A stretch of DNA of 61,500 nt, filler included, from Sphacelaria rigidula (taxonomy: Eukaryota): the NCBI GenBank assembly GCA_964200075.2. It is 8 parts of 8 records of this genome, joined end to end, with 100 filler letters (N's around TTAATTAATTAA, not from the genome) between each part and the next. Parts side by side here need not be neighbours in the genome. Positions count along the whole stretch, not along the records: positions 7,701 to 15,300 come from CAXNAA020014152.1; positions 15,401 to 23,000 come from CAXNAA020014153.1; positions 23,101 to 30,700 come from CAXNAA020014154.1; 5 more parts are not named here. The stretch is one strand, 5' to 3'. The translations under genes and the position numbers were made by a program. This document shows positions 11,894 to 23,880 of the stretch, in pieces. The notes under the pieces were generated by a model, which saw only the letters and a list, made by a program, of their open reading frames with translations, was not told the DNA's origin and searched no databases. Each line of letters begins with the position of its first letter. Within the stretch, counting starts at the first letter, position 1.

Positions 11894-14294
11894 CGTCGTC
11901 GTCGTCGTCTTTACCCGCTCGCATATGAAACGAACCCGCCGTTCTCATATGAATTTACCCTAGAACATCGAACCGGAATATTTTGCCCTCCCTGCATGTG
12001 CAGTGGACATCAATCACGCATCTCTCGTGACTGTTTCCATGCCCTCCGTTGGGTTAGACCTTGCAGGTGAACACGCACATATCCCCCGTTGTGTTTCTCC
12101 ACGTCGCCGTTTTGTATGTCTTGCGTCGCACGATTGTAGTTGTTCGGGGTTTGCGGTGCCGTGGACGTCATGCTGGCGCGCAAGGCCCTTTCCGCTGTGC
12201 CGCCGGTGAATGGGTCCGCTACGACGACCGGCGCATCCCTTGTGTCTTTCAATCCCAAGGGTAACGGCTTCATGATGATGGAGGCTGTCGTGAAGGCGAT
12301 GCCGCACGCTCGGCATATGATCATGTATCGGGATGTCCGAAAGGTGAACGCCAGTACAGTTGCCCCGGGACATAGCGAATATGCATTCTCCCTGTTTTTG
12401 GTACAGTCAACAATCGGGAAGCACTTCATCGTAATATGATGGTTCGGGACCCCACAACAGCTCGATGATTATTGAGGACCCATTCTCCTAGTGCGCTATT
12501 TTTCATCCAAGAAACCTCATCCTGTTCTACCGGGAGGTGATTGTGCTGTAGCGTGATCGGTGGAAGGCCTACTTTTTCGCTGCGCTACTACACGACAGCC
12601 CCTCCCTCCTGTTATGTTGGTTCAGCGGAAACCCAGCGTGCTTCGTCACGGCTCCGTAGGGATGCGAGGTCAATTGTCTTGTGACTACGGCATGCAAGAT
12701 CATCGATACAACCTGCTATCTTGCGAGGTGTAGCTTCGTCTTCCTTGAAAAAGACGTATTCAGTGGCATCATTTCATCAGGTGGTCGACTCGACTTTTGT
12801 GTGCCTACTTCGGGTACGACATGGATAGCAAAAAGTGTCTTCGCTATTCTTGGTGATTCATCAGCCAGTACGCCTGGCGTCTGCGTGTACCGCAGCACGC
12901 GGGCCGCATTTTCATGTTCACAGGGAGCAAGGGTGTGGTCGCTTGACGAAAGGAGGAGTTTGCACTCCGTACGCACTTGCAGTGTTCTGCTCGCGAGCCT
13001 CTTTTGTTAACATCGGACCCAACTTGCCCACCGCCACCCCCGTTCGGCAGGTCGCCGAGTCCTTCTGCAGCATTTTCCACCAGAATTCGTCGGGAATGGG
13101 CAAGGTGCGTGTGCGTGCGTGTCGTTGTAGTAGGGCCAAGGCGTGGATGCTGTCGCGTATGTTGACGTCCGGTCTGTACAGGTCAGAAGGAAATAGAGAA
13201 AGAGGAAGGTCGTGACCGTTCACACGGAATTAAATTTGGGCCTAGCTCGACCAGTTCACAGCATTCTTTGCTTGCGCACTTACTCCTGTTGCTGGATCTT
13301 TCTAAACGCTGCGGTTTCGTCTTTCGTGTGCAACCTCCATGTGTCTCGTGACACAAGCTGTGGGCCATGCTCCCTTGGGCGAGACGACCGGGTCCTCCAC
13401 CCCCCCGTGGTGACCGGCCTCTTCCCACGTTCAGCAAGACTATGGCAGAGGTAAGATAGGACTGTCCCCTCAGCGTAGGGCCTCTCAAGGCTCTGGAATC
13501 GGTGAATCAATACAGAGCTTAACACCAGAGCGGTATAGAGAATGTTGTGCGATATGTGCCGTGGACAGCGTACTAACAACAACTGGCTTCTACCACGTCG
13601 GCGTAACATTTGATTTCAGCCGAACGAGGAAGATTTTCGTTCGATCAGCGCAGGTCCGCTCTTGTACGTGTGATATCGACTGTGTGTGTCGTGTTGCGGT
13701 TTCATCCGTGGATGTCGCGGTACCCAAGGATTTCGGCACGGGCTAGCATTCTCGTCATCATCTCTTATCGCCGCCGTCTTTCTTGTTGTCAGGCTCCATT
13801 CTCACTGCCCGTGGAGGCCTGCTCACTCGTTGTTTGACGCAAGCAAGCGCTACTTCGCTCTCTTGTCCGATGTCACACCCTCACAGCCCATCCATCTGGC
13901 GTGTGCATGACGTACCCTCACATACCCACAATGTGGCGTGTGCATGGCGTTTTTGAAACGTCGAGCTCCATCGTCACAATAGGATCACTCAGGGCACGAC
14001 TCGCGCGCGACCGTCGTGTTGGGTCGCAGACTGGTTGATTCTTCGTTTTATGTCGCCTCCGTGCTTTCGCCAACTTGTTCATTTGTGACATGCTATACTT
14101 TGGGGTTGTGAAAAACACAACGCGTACATCAGGTGCAGGCATCGGGCTTGATTGTAAAGCCTTCAAAGATAGAGCCGTGGATGGTGACGAGGGACTGGAT
14201 GGAAACGATGTGCCTGTGGCAAGAAATGCTAGCGTCCGGCGTTATAGGGGAGAAAGGCACCCTGGCTCTCAGGATGGAAGACTACATTCGGAAG
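11572..14294 (+). CDS. Sulfotransferase-fold protein, internal exons
   Basis: Exons 11572-11677 (MLQKVGVLSFSEPYW), 12140-12343 (..MPHARHMIMYRDVRK), 13051-13104 (VAESF..) and 14133-14294 (..LALRMEDY), all GT-AG. SEP, P-x-A-x-x-x-x-x-Y-R-D..V-x-x-S and R-x-E-D resemble PAPS-dependent sulfotransferase motifs. The 5'-PSB exon was not seen and the exons between 13104 and 14133 are unresolved. Confidence 0.6.
11861..11910. repeat. (TGT)n(CGT)n compound microsatellite
   Basis: Direct inspection. Confidence 0.95.
12638..12713 (+). repeat. Structured short dispersed element, copy B (intronic)
   Basis: GTGCTTCGTCACGGCTCCGTAGGGATGCGAGGTCAATTGTCTTGTGACTACGGC. Confidence 0.75.
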
Positions 14295-14727
14295 GTGATT
14301 TTTGCCCTTCACCACATCAAACGCGACTTCGCTCCTAGATTTCAATGATGGCTCGGCTTTGGTTGTGGACGAGGACGGCACAGCCATCTAGATGTTCTAG
14401 AGGATTCGGCATTCCTCCCCTGAAGATAACACAGGTACCCTGGAATTCCGACAGCCTGTAACCCCAGGCACCCTGGGGTACCCAGGACTGCAAATGCTCT
14501 GGAAACTCAGGATACCCCAGGATATGATGCCCTACTCTTATTTTCCATCTGTTGTTGTATGGTGCCCTTACCGAAAGCAATACGGCAGGCGCCTGGCGTT
14601 TTTTCTTGTTCTCGGTTTGATGTTACCGTGGGTGTTGTTTTCTTCCATTTCTATTTCCCCCCCCCTCTGTTCAGTTTTCTAAGCGAGTGATGGCGTTATT
14701 TTGCCGTGAGTATATCTATCTAGTGAC

Positions 14728-15300
14728 CACAACTGGATACGTGACGGATCTGTGGGTGTGCGACAATCAGTCGAACTCATCAACTCCACGCGCCTCGCTA
14801 TATTTCACACCCTGGACAATACGATATGTAATATATATTGCCCGCTCAATATGTCGACGCGTCAGGTGGTCCATATTTATTGGGCGAGCAATATGATGGC
14901 TCGAGAGAGGGTCCATGTATATATATCGTGCCATCAATATGTCAAGGCCGGCGACATGCATATATATCGACCGAACAATATATCACGACACGCGCCACCT
15001 CAAAATGTATTGGCCAAGTAATATGTTGATGCGAGAAAGCACCAATATGTATTTGCCGTGTAATATATTGGCTGCCGCACGAGGTCAACATATATTGATT
15101 CAATATACTCAACACCCGAAGCGTCAATATATATTCCCGTCCCAATATGTTGTGCGTGAATGCGCCCAATATATTGGGCGGGCGAAACCCGAGGAAACCG
15201 AAGGTCACAATGCATATTGCTGTAGCAACATATAACAGCCGATTTTATATTTTGGGGTTCATACAAAATATGGGGCTGAAGTGGCATATCTGTCTTGCAC
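14728..15300. mobile_element. Non-autonomous TIR element (CACAACTGG start, CMC/CACTA-like) with many CAATATATTG-like subterminal motifs
   Basis: Left end CACAACTGGATACGTGACGGATCTG. The right end, truncated at the spacer, reads GTGCAAGACAGATATG on the reverse strand. AATATAT/ATATATTG motifs recur throughout. Confidence 0.55.
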
Positions 15301-15400
15301 NNNNNNNNNNNNNNNNNNNNNNNNNNNNNNNNNNNNNNNNNNNNTTAATTAATTAANNNNNNNNNNNNNNNNNNNNNNNNNNNNNNNNNNNNNNNNNNNN

Positions 15401-15473
15401 CGGGAATCGAACCCCCCAACTCAACCATCAGAAGGTTACGAGGTTACCAACTGAGCCACCGGGGCGACCGGTC
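15401..15473 (-). mobile_element. tRNA-derived SINE head (Pol III A and B boxes), truncated by spacer
   Basis: Reverse strand GACCGGTCGCCCCGG-TGGCTCAGTTGG(A box)...GGTTCGATTCC(B box). The anticodon region is not a canonical cloverleaf. Confidence 0.7.
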
Positions 15474-15875
15474 TTCACGTGTACTCAAGCTAATTAAATA
15501 CGTTTATGTCTGTGTGAAGCCATTGAAATGGGGGATTGGAAACGGGTTCAACCCTCCGATCGGCGGCGGAGGAGGCAATTTGTTAAATCGGCATGGTTTT
15601 CAAATTGAAGATAAAGTGTAAGGCTCAGATGACCCACCCTGGCGGTCGAGGGGTTGAGCACAAAAACTTGTTCCAGATTACCAAAGGTGTGTCGGGTAGT
15701 GTACTTCTTACATTCGTGTATATAAAAAAATCGAACTGTAACTACCCAAACCTTGGGGTAAAGCATTAAGATCGCACTCGACAATACCCAGATATTGGAT
15801 AGAGTATTGCGATCGACCCTAACACTACCCAACATTAGCGTAGAGTTTGGAGACGGACCATCGCGACGCGAAATT

Positions 15876-15975
15876 CCGGGGGGGGGTGTACTCATGATCA
15901 TATATGCCATAGTCATCAGACCATTAGCCTCGCATCCCTACAAAGCCAGGGCGGAGCACGCCGGGTTTTCGCCGG
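15876..15975 (-). repeat. Structured short dispersed element, copy C (CCGG at both ends)
   Basis: Reverse strand CCGGCGAAAACCCGGCGTGCTCCGCCCT...AGGGATGCGAGGCTAATGGTCTGATGACTATGGC...GAGTACACCCCCCCCCGG. Confidence 0.8.
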
Positions 15976-16213
15976 ACCAGGCTCTCACTCAATCACCAAG
16001 CGCAAAGCGCCGTGGTGTATTCGCGAAATTCCGGGGGGGGGCGGGGGGGGTGCATGCCCGGGTATTTACCCTTTTCAACACAAGGTTGCAGATTACGGTA
16101 GAGGGGGTGAAACTGCCCCTGTTGGAGGTTTTCGTGGGGTGACAGGGAGTGGGTGAAACATCTTACGCGTGCGGCATGATAGAACGACCCGCAGCATTCG
16201 AAAATGTCGTGTA

Positions 16214-16402
16214 GTTCTAGATAGTGTTCGAGAGTAGGTTTTGGAACAAGTTCTAGAATAGGTTCTAGATCCTGTCCAGGCTCTAGAATGGATTCTAGAA
16301 CGAGATCCAAAAATAGGTTCTAGATTCAGCCCTGAAATAGGTTCTAAAAGAGGCTCTACAACAAGTTCTCGAATAGTTTCTTGAATAGGTCCTGGAACAG
16401 GC
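16214..16402. repeat. Degenerate 12-bp tandem repeat (TTCTAGAATAGG)
   Basis: Recurrent TTCTAG/TAGG motifs at 12-bp periodicity, producing the LEPI-like spurious ORF. Confidence 0.75.
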
Positions 16403-16954
16403 TTTGGGGCGGTCTGTGCTGGTATTGTGTCGATTTACTCGGCACGAGTCAGCTTTTCTGGCTGATTTCTCTCTTTGATTTGCCGGTAACACTAACGGTA
16501 AGACTCCTTGGAAAAAAAAAAGAAAAGGGAAGGAAGGGAAAGTTGGGGAATGAAAAAGGAGGCAAGAAATGAAAAATGTATAAAGGCTTGGAAGGAAAAA
16601 CACAGTGCTGTAACTGGTCAGTACCGTGTCCGGTCAGTACCGTGACCAATCAGGATCTATCAGTGTTGAAAATCGAACGGAATAAAAAGTTCGATGCGGT
16701 TTTTAAAATATCGACGAAAACCCGTCGATGTTTTTTTTTTTCCCGATACTTGGAAAATGACGCGATATGTATCGAGTATCGAGTATCGAGTATCGAGTAT
16801 CGAGTATCGATACGATACGGCTATTGTGGTAGGGACGCAGCTTGCAAGACCTCACGGTACTACACCAGCACACAAGCAATCTAACCCGAAGTGGGTGCAG
16901 GCGTGATCGTGTGAAGGTACAGCAGCAGAAGTGTGTGATTTGTAATTTGACATA

Positions 16955-17564
16955 CGAGCTGGGCCAGCCAACAATGGCCAGTTTTCTCGCTCAGGCAACG
17001 CACTGCGTAAAATTAGGAGGTGGACGCCGAAATGGTGATAGCAGCTTATTATGATCGACATGCAGAACATCTCGAGAGCAGGAAAGAAAAAAGTTAAAAA
17101 CAAAAAAAAGTTATGGGCATTAGAAATTTCAGCGAAAACAAGATAATGTTATAACTTCAAGAAAAAGACAAGAATCTGCAGCTGCTGCTCCCGCAATGTA
17201 TCATTCCCTTGGGTGCAGAAGGTCTTCGTGAAATTTCAGCTCAAGAGTCGTCGCATTGGGCGGGGCATCGCACTTTTCGTGTGACACTGCCACGCCGCCC
17301 CTGTGATTCAAGTGATGGGAGACTCCCATTATGGAGGTCGTGAGTTCGAATCCCGACATATTCTCTTTTTTTTTCGTTCGTCGTTAAGGTTATATATTAT
17401 GCAGTACATTTTTTTTTCATTTTTTTCCTTCATTCAGCGGCGGTACCGTGTGTCACCAGGTTGGTCTGCACTTCCCAGTGATATGCTTACATCGGGTTTA
17501 CTCGAAGAACTGGGAAAGCTGTAACGTGGACAACGTTCGGCCGCTTTTAAGCTGGCCCAGCTCG
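16955..17564. mobile_element. Nested TA-flanked TIR element (Tc1/mariner-like MITE) carrying a tRNA-like cassette
   Basis: TA|CGAGCTGGGCCAGC...GCTGGCCCAGCTCG|TA: perfect 14-bp TIRs with a TA TSD. Confidence 0.85.
17297..17374 (+). ncRNA. tRNA-like Pol III cassette inside MITE
   Basis: Degenerate A box TGATTCAAGTGA, CTCC-CATTAT-GGAG hairpin, B box AGTTCGAATCC, then a T9 terminator-like run. Confidence 0.5.
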
Positions 17565-19968
17565 TAGTAGAAGCGGCGGCACAACACGCGGCGTGACGTT
17601 TCTGTCTAACGAAAATTGTTCACCATCGTTCAAGAGGCAAGAGGAGAAAGAAGTAGTTGATAACAAAGCCATGTGTGCGTGTGATGTATAGTGTGTTGTT
17701 CAAGCCGGTGGTATACAAGGTATGTGTTGCGGCCACTATTTTGTTATGTTTCGATCGAATCAGACCATTTGCCTTGTTTCTGTTGTCTGCGCACTGCGAA
17801 CGCACTCTCATTATTCAAAAACAAACGCACCAAACTTCGAAACTGCGCGAATAGGTGCAAATGCGCGCTAGCTTTTTCTGTTCTCCAATCTCAAGAAGAA
17901 AAATGTTGGCAGCAGACGTCCAATTTTTTATTGTCGGATGCTCATCAAATTATAACCTCAAGACGACTAAACGTCAGCAACCAAGAAAAATTTGAAGCTT
18001 GCAGAAACAAATGGATGTGGTGAGGAAAGAAAACAAATATCAACGATATCGAATACCGATATCGATACCGATTTTGATTCGTATCGACAAATATCGGCTT
18101 GGAAACCGTCGATTTGGATATCGGGTATCGACGATATTTATCGAATATTGATTTCTGATTTTCAACAGTGGGGTCTATGGCAGTACGAACGATTGTATCG
18201 TCTACTCATGCTTGATTGATTGATGGACTGTCGCACGTTAACTGATCCACTGTTAATCATAATCCAGTCATGCACACAAGACACACGTGCCCTGAAGGTA
18301 AACAAACGGGCACACTTCGCTGAAGGAAATTTGAAAAATTGGGAATGTGGGAGAGACGGGGGAGAAGAAACACGGTATACTGTAGTACAGCCCGCATGAA
18401 ACGTGGGCGAATTTTGTAATCGGGTACTTTTATTTTTTATTTTTATCGTATGGTATTATTAATTGGCACTCGAAAGTGCTAGAGATGATACATATTGGGA
18501 AAATAACGAGGTTGTGCTCAGCACACAATCCACAAGTTGGTGTTATCGGGGTGAAATGAAGTAACTACCTCGTTTGTGAGGAGGGTGTTATTGGCCGTAG
18601 TTGGACAAAAAACACAGTTTTTCGGCTCTAGCGCGATGAATAGGTAAGAAATCAGAAAACGATATTTTAATTTGTTCACTACAACGATCGTGCCTAGTTT
18701 ATTCGAGCAAAAATTCCAAAGAGTCAGAACCTGGGGCTATGTAGTCGCAGGACCCCCTAGAACCGATCACCCTCTAACTCGTTCAATATTTGATTGTGAA
18801 AATAATCTTCTCGAAATGTGAATCGGATGCTAGTATCTCCCGATTCTCAAACTTTGAGATCAAAACGTTCACTGTGATGAGCGGTGATACGCGAACAATC
18901 GCCAAAATACCCAATTACAATGTCCACCCAGTTTGCCTGCGGACTACAGGAGCTGCACAGGTGGCGTCATCGTTTAACTCTTTTGGCACTGGCAATGGAA
19001 AATTGCTGATTTCGAGGTGCTGTTTTTCGAACAACATATGTGGTTGATTGTTTGCAGCTTCCAAAAACCACTACTTTGTTCAAGGTGTTTTTTTCAGACC
19101 CACGACTGCTTCAAAGTTGCGGTGAATCGCGTAAATACTGTATCGCACCTCAATCCTTCCACGTGTGGTGAGGGGATTTCTGTGTGCTCGGCCATACTAC
19201 GTTGGTTCTTTGATGTGGCTTAGCACGCTTGCCAAGTGTTGGGCGGGTACGACCTCCGGGCTGCAGCACAACAACACTCCGGTGGGGTGCGTCACCTATA
19301 TAAATGTGTGCAGCAGTGCCACACGGGACAACATATAGAAAAGTATACAGGTGGTGCGATTTTTGTTGTATGACATTCAGAGGCCGCGGTGCTGGTTTTT
19401 GCCGTGTGCATAAAGTCGAACATGCGTGACCCGTTGCGTCCCCTCATTCGTTAAAACTAGTCCGATCGCACCGGGGTGACATTTTTGGTGCGAGCATGAC
19501 GTATGTCGGTGGATTCTTCTGTGGCCCTCCGCCGTAAAAAATGATTGCTGTCGGTATTTCATTTTCCCATTTTTTCTTCTTTGCCAGCGCTTGAATTAAT
19601 GAGGCGTCTGGACCGGGGACGAGAGGGGAGAGTCCCCAAAGGGTTGAGAACCGCTTATTTTGCACGAGGCTCGTGGCTTATTTCTACTGTGGTGCAACCG
19701 ACAATGGCTGCATAAGATCTATTGTAGGACCTCTTACCGTGGGGACGATTCGTGCATGAGGCGTTACATTTCGGATGTTTTTTAGGCTCAACTTCCGGAG
19801 TGCGAAGTTATTAAGTGACGGGATCGGCTGTACGGCGAAGAGGAGAAAATAAGAACATTTTTTTTTAACCCCCTTATAGTTCTGCTGCTCTTCTTGTGTT
19901 CCAAGTGTATTTTTTTGCCCTTTGCTTTGCTTCGCTTTGTTTGATATTTGTTCTTGGCCTCCCGTCAG

Positions 19969-20086
19969 TATTTGCCACAAGATGGCTGAGGAGTTTGGGT
20001 TCGCGGAGGGAGCGGGCTCCGTACTGCCTTGCTCCACCGGGGTAATCGGCTGGCGGTTGCCAGTTGAGTCCATCTGCGAGCAGCTG
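19969..20086 (+). CDS. argJ: Single internal exon of ArgJ (ornithine/glutamate N-acetyltransferase)
   Basis: Polypyrimidine tract + CAG acceptor and GTGAGC donor. Encodes ICHKMAEEFGFAEGAGSVLPCSTGVIGWRLPVESI, with the ArgJ STGVIG..LP motif. Confidence 0.78.
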
Positions 20087-20696
20087 GTGAGCGACTTTTT
20101 TTCGACAAAGGGGCAGGTTTGGCGGAACAGAAAACAACAGGCTGTGTGATATGCCATGGCACCTGCGAGCAAAGTCTTGAAACCGTTTTAATGGGTGACG
20201 GTCGAAGTGTGCGTGCCATCATCCTATGCATATCATCACCATCCAGTGTGCGTCATCATTCGGTTTGTGTCACAACCCAGTTTGTGTCATGATCCGGTGT
20301 GAGTAGAAATCCTGTGTGAGCAAAGATCCAGTGTGGGTAGTGATCCAGTGTGTTATCAAAACAATCCTGTGTGTGTGTGTGTGTTCGTGTGTATCCATCT
20401 GGGGAATCAGCATCATGACGTTCACGACAACGATGGCTATCGAGGCTCTCTCAGGTGTCCCTTTTTTGTTTTTGGCCTTGTGGGGAAGAGGAAACCTCAC
20501 CCAACACTATCCCACAAATGGGTTCGTGTGCGGATTACCCCGGGGCTCGGCTAGACCGCCTTGCGGCAGTCATATGAAGTAGGCGCCTCGACTCAGGTGT
20601 ACATCTGAGGACACTCGAAGGGTGAAATTGACCCCGTGTACGAGCGTGCGGATCCACGAGATGCCGCAGATCGATCTTAAGTCGACCACGAGTAAT

Positions 20697-20760
20697 TTGA
20701 TTGGTTGGTTGATTGATTGATTGATTGATTGTCGCACTTTAACTGACCCCCCCAGGGGTC
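20697..20760 (-). mobile_element. Probable non-LTR retroelement 3' end with (CAAT)n tail; second copy at ~18212-18250
   Basis: Both sites show (GATT)n followed closely by TGTCGCAC(T/G)TTAACTGA. Confidence 0.45.
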
Positions 20761-22770
20761 CAGCCGTGGTCTCATAGAAAACGTGTCCAAGAAAAACGAA
20801 ACTGAAACATTCGCCGAAGAAAAGAAGGAACAGGGGGGAAGAAAAAAGTCGAACAGAACGACATAGTAGACTTGAGTCGTAACAACAATAAATGATACTT
20901 GAGATAAATAAGTTCTTCTGTTACATAACCTACAGTTATTCAGGGGCTGGGACGCGCGGAGTGCGTGCGTAGTATATTGTCATTTTGGGGAGGGTGAGGG
21001 GTGACAGCGAGAGAGGAGCTGCCCTGGTGTAGCAGCACAGCATCAGGGTTATTACAGTAGCGCGATAAAGGTCAGACGGTAAGCTTGTTCCGAAAATATG
21101 TCTGGCGCCCGAGGAGGGTGGAGTCTATTCACTGCAAAGGCGGCGCGGTTATTTAGTAGTACGAATGTGCGATGGGGGTGTACTGTATTTGACGTACGTC
21201 TCTGTACCGCCTATCCGACGGTTGGGTAATACTATTTGATTTGAAAAAACAGAGCAAGGCAGTGCGGTGCTGGATGCTGGTGATCGCCAAGCGCAACTTG
21301 TTGTTGTTGATGCTGATGTGTTGTGTGCGTTGTCATCCCATTTATTCTGGACGCCGGTCCACACCTTTTGGTATCTGTGGGCGCATCAGCCGGGATCGCA
21401 CAGGAGGAAGGTCAACACAGGGGCTTTTTTATTTTTTATTTGTTTTTAGTACCCCACCTTCCTTCTGCAGTGCTTTCCTTTACTTTTTTATCGCGGGAGG
21501 GGTTTAGCAGTCCCTTTTCCCTCGTCGACGGTTGAGTCGAATTTTGTTGATGCTAATGTTGGGGTACGGTGCTCTTGTTTTATGTACAGCGTTGTGTGTG
21601 TATTCATCGTAGCCTGGGTCTAGTGAGATGATGCGTGTGGCTGTTAGTGGGCATTTGTTTTGTTTTTGTTGTCCAAGCTCTTTACCATTTTTTGTTTTAG
21701 GTGCAGTTTTTTTGGGGGGGGGAACTGTACATAAAGTATTCCACCTTTCTACCTATATACGGGACAAGAAACCCCCCCGAGTAACTGAACATTATGTGCA
21801 TACCATGAAGTATCGCTGCGTGCGATGAACGGGGGAAGGAACGGGCGTCACGTGTCTTCCCTTAACCTCAACAAAAATACGCTGCTCTATTTGTTGTTCA
21901 GGTGTTACAATATCATGATGTTTATCCGTAGGCTGCTGGAGATGTCCATCACAGTACCGTACACCCGGCGCATACTAGACTGCTGCTGTTTTTTTTTTTT
22001 TGTATTTTGTGTTTTTTTATTTGTCGTACTTTGACCCCCTCTCCTTCCTCGGGTCGAGTCTGTGGTCTCAAGGGATCAACTCATCTCTCCCCGGTATGTT
22101 ACCTCTGTATTGCGTGTTTTCCCTTCTCTTGATATTCATTAATTGCTGTGTCGCGTGTTTTTTTCGTGTCTCCTGACCGTTCCTTTCCCCGCCCCTACCC
22201 TCTTTACGAGAAGAGTCAGTGGCCAAAGAATCAACCGTGATCTGCCCCTATACGTGCTTCGCACTTCACCTCTCGTGTAACGGTTGGATCAGCACGATCG
22301 CGGGGTACTTGTTAACTTTTTTCGTCGATTTTTCGTTCCGGCTTTTTCGTCTTTTTAGTTCAGATCAATTCTGTTTTTATTTTATCTTTTCCTTCTTTTT
22401 TTTTACCCCTCCTTCAGTCATACTTCCCAATCCCTCCTTTTCCTCTGGACTATTTCGTCGTCTCAAGGGATTGAACCCGTATTTCCCGAGGTTTTTGCAT
22501 CATGCGTCTATTTCGTTTTACGTAACTGCTGCCGTCCTCATTTTTCTTGTCTTTGTTGTTGTTATTTTTATTCTCTGCAGGGAAACGTTAAGGCGAAGAT
22601 GCAATCCGATTCGCTTTTTCCGGCCGCGAAATCTATCATGACCACCGACCGATATCCGAAGCTGAGGGGCACAGAGGCAAGGACGACAGTAGGGCGTTGT
22701 ATTGTAGGTAATGGGCGGAGACCGGCTGGGTGGGTACGCAGTTTATCGGGGGGGTGTTTATGAGCGCGCG

Positions 22771-22855
22771 CGGGGGGGGTGGAGGGCGTACTCCTTTGCT
22801 GCTCGCCATAGTATTTTGACCATTAGCCGCACATCCCTTTTGAGACGGAGCACCG
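22771..22855 (-). repeat. Structured short dispersed element, copy D
   Basis: Reverse strand GTGCTCCGTCTCAAAAGGGATGTGCGGCTAATGGTCAAAATACTATGGC...GAGTACGCCC. Confidence 0.75.
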
Positions 22856-23880
22856 TTTCCTGCTCCTGATGAAGATATCTCCAACTTGTGGGCATTCATT
22901 ACGTATTTTCCATGCACTACGAGGAATCCGCTGGCATATCTCATTCCCTCCCTGTTTCGCCGTCTGTAGCCGGTATCTATCTCCCAGTATAGCGATCTGT
23001 NNNNNNNNNNNNNNNNNNNNNNNNNNNNNNNNNNNNNNNNNNNNTTAATTAATTAANNNNNNNNNNNNNNNNNNNNNNNNNNNNNNNNNNNNNNNNNNNN
23101 CCCGGCTTGGTGGGGTGGGGGGACGAGGGGGTTGGTCTTTTGTCCATGGGGTGCCAGGTCTAGAATACCCCCCCCCCCCCCCCCCCCCCCTTGTGCCTGC
23201 AGAGGGGGGATGGCATTTCCGCGCCCAATGGAGCTCGATGACAGTCCTCGGGACCCACGACTATTTTCGCTTGTATGTTGTCCGATGGGTCGTTTACCAT
23301 GCGTCCTCGAGTGTATTGAAATCTTGACTGTAAATGAGGAGCAATCACACATCAGCCCCCATCGCCACAGTCCTTCTGAAACTGTGGTGATCAAGTGTCC
23401 GTCGAAGACTTCGTGCTCGGTATATTTGTGGGCTCTCTCGACAGTGTATGGCTGTGTCGAAACGACGGTTGGGATACCCTCGTGGGTGTTTATTCCCACG
23501 ACACGTGCAGCTCCGTGATATGAGGTAGATTTGTCTCAGTTCGGGGCTCCAATATATCCATGGTTGACACATTTTGTCCAAGATAACTCTAACCGTAATC
23601 ATAACACCCCAACCCGAGGCGTGGAACGGGGCATGTCAGCCAGCGCTGGTACTTGTTTTGCAGCTGAAGCCAGTGGCATATGATGGTGCAGCAGGTCAAT
23701 CAGGAAATGTACAGGTCTCGTTACACGAAGAAATAGTTATTTCACAGGAAGATATCCCGCCAACACCCCCCCCCCCCACCATATTCTTTGAGAGCCTCTC
23801 TGTTGCTCGTTTGTGTAATGGGTTGCTGTTTGTGCCCTCACGATATTGCTGTGCGTGACCCCTGCAAAACGTCAACGCAG

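Larger units (their letters stand above)
16661..18170. mobile_element. Non-autonomous hAT element (1.5 kb)
   Basis: TIRs CAGTGTTGAAAATC / GATTTTCAACAGTG. 8-bp TSD GGATCTAT (16653-16660) vs GGGTCTAT (18171-18178). TATCGA-rich subterminal repeats including (GAGTATC)n at 16770-16810. Confidence 0.88.

Noticed and set aside
15909-15916. CUGAUGA hammerhead core in element copy C (minus strand)
   Set aside because: It falls in the variable tetraloop, is absent from the other copies, and has no correctly placed GAAA.
275-20086. OTC and ArgJ as an arginine-biosynthesis gene cluster
   Set aside because: They lie in different fragments separated by artificial spacers, so there is no evidence of linkage.
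20600-20635. Hammerhead ribozyme (CTGAGGA...GAAA)
   Set aside because: Stem II has an extra nucleotide and lacks the proper closing pair, and no stems I/III with a UH site were found.
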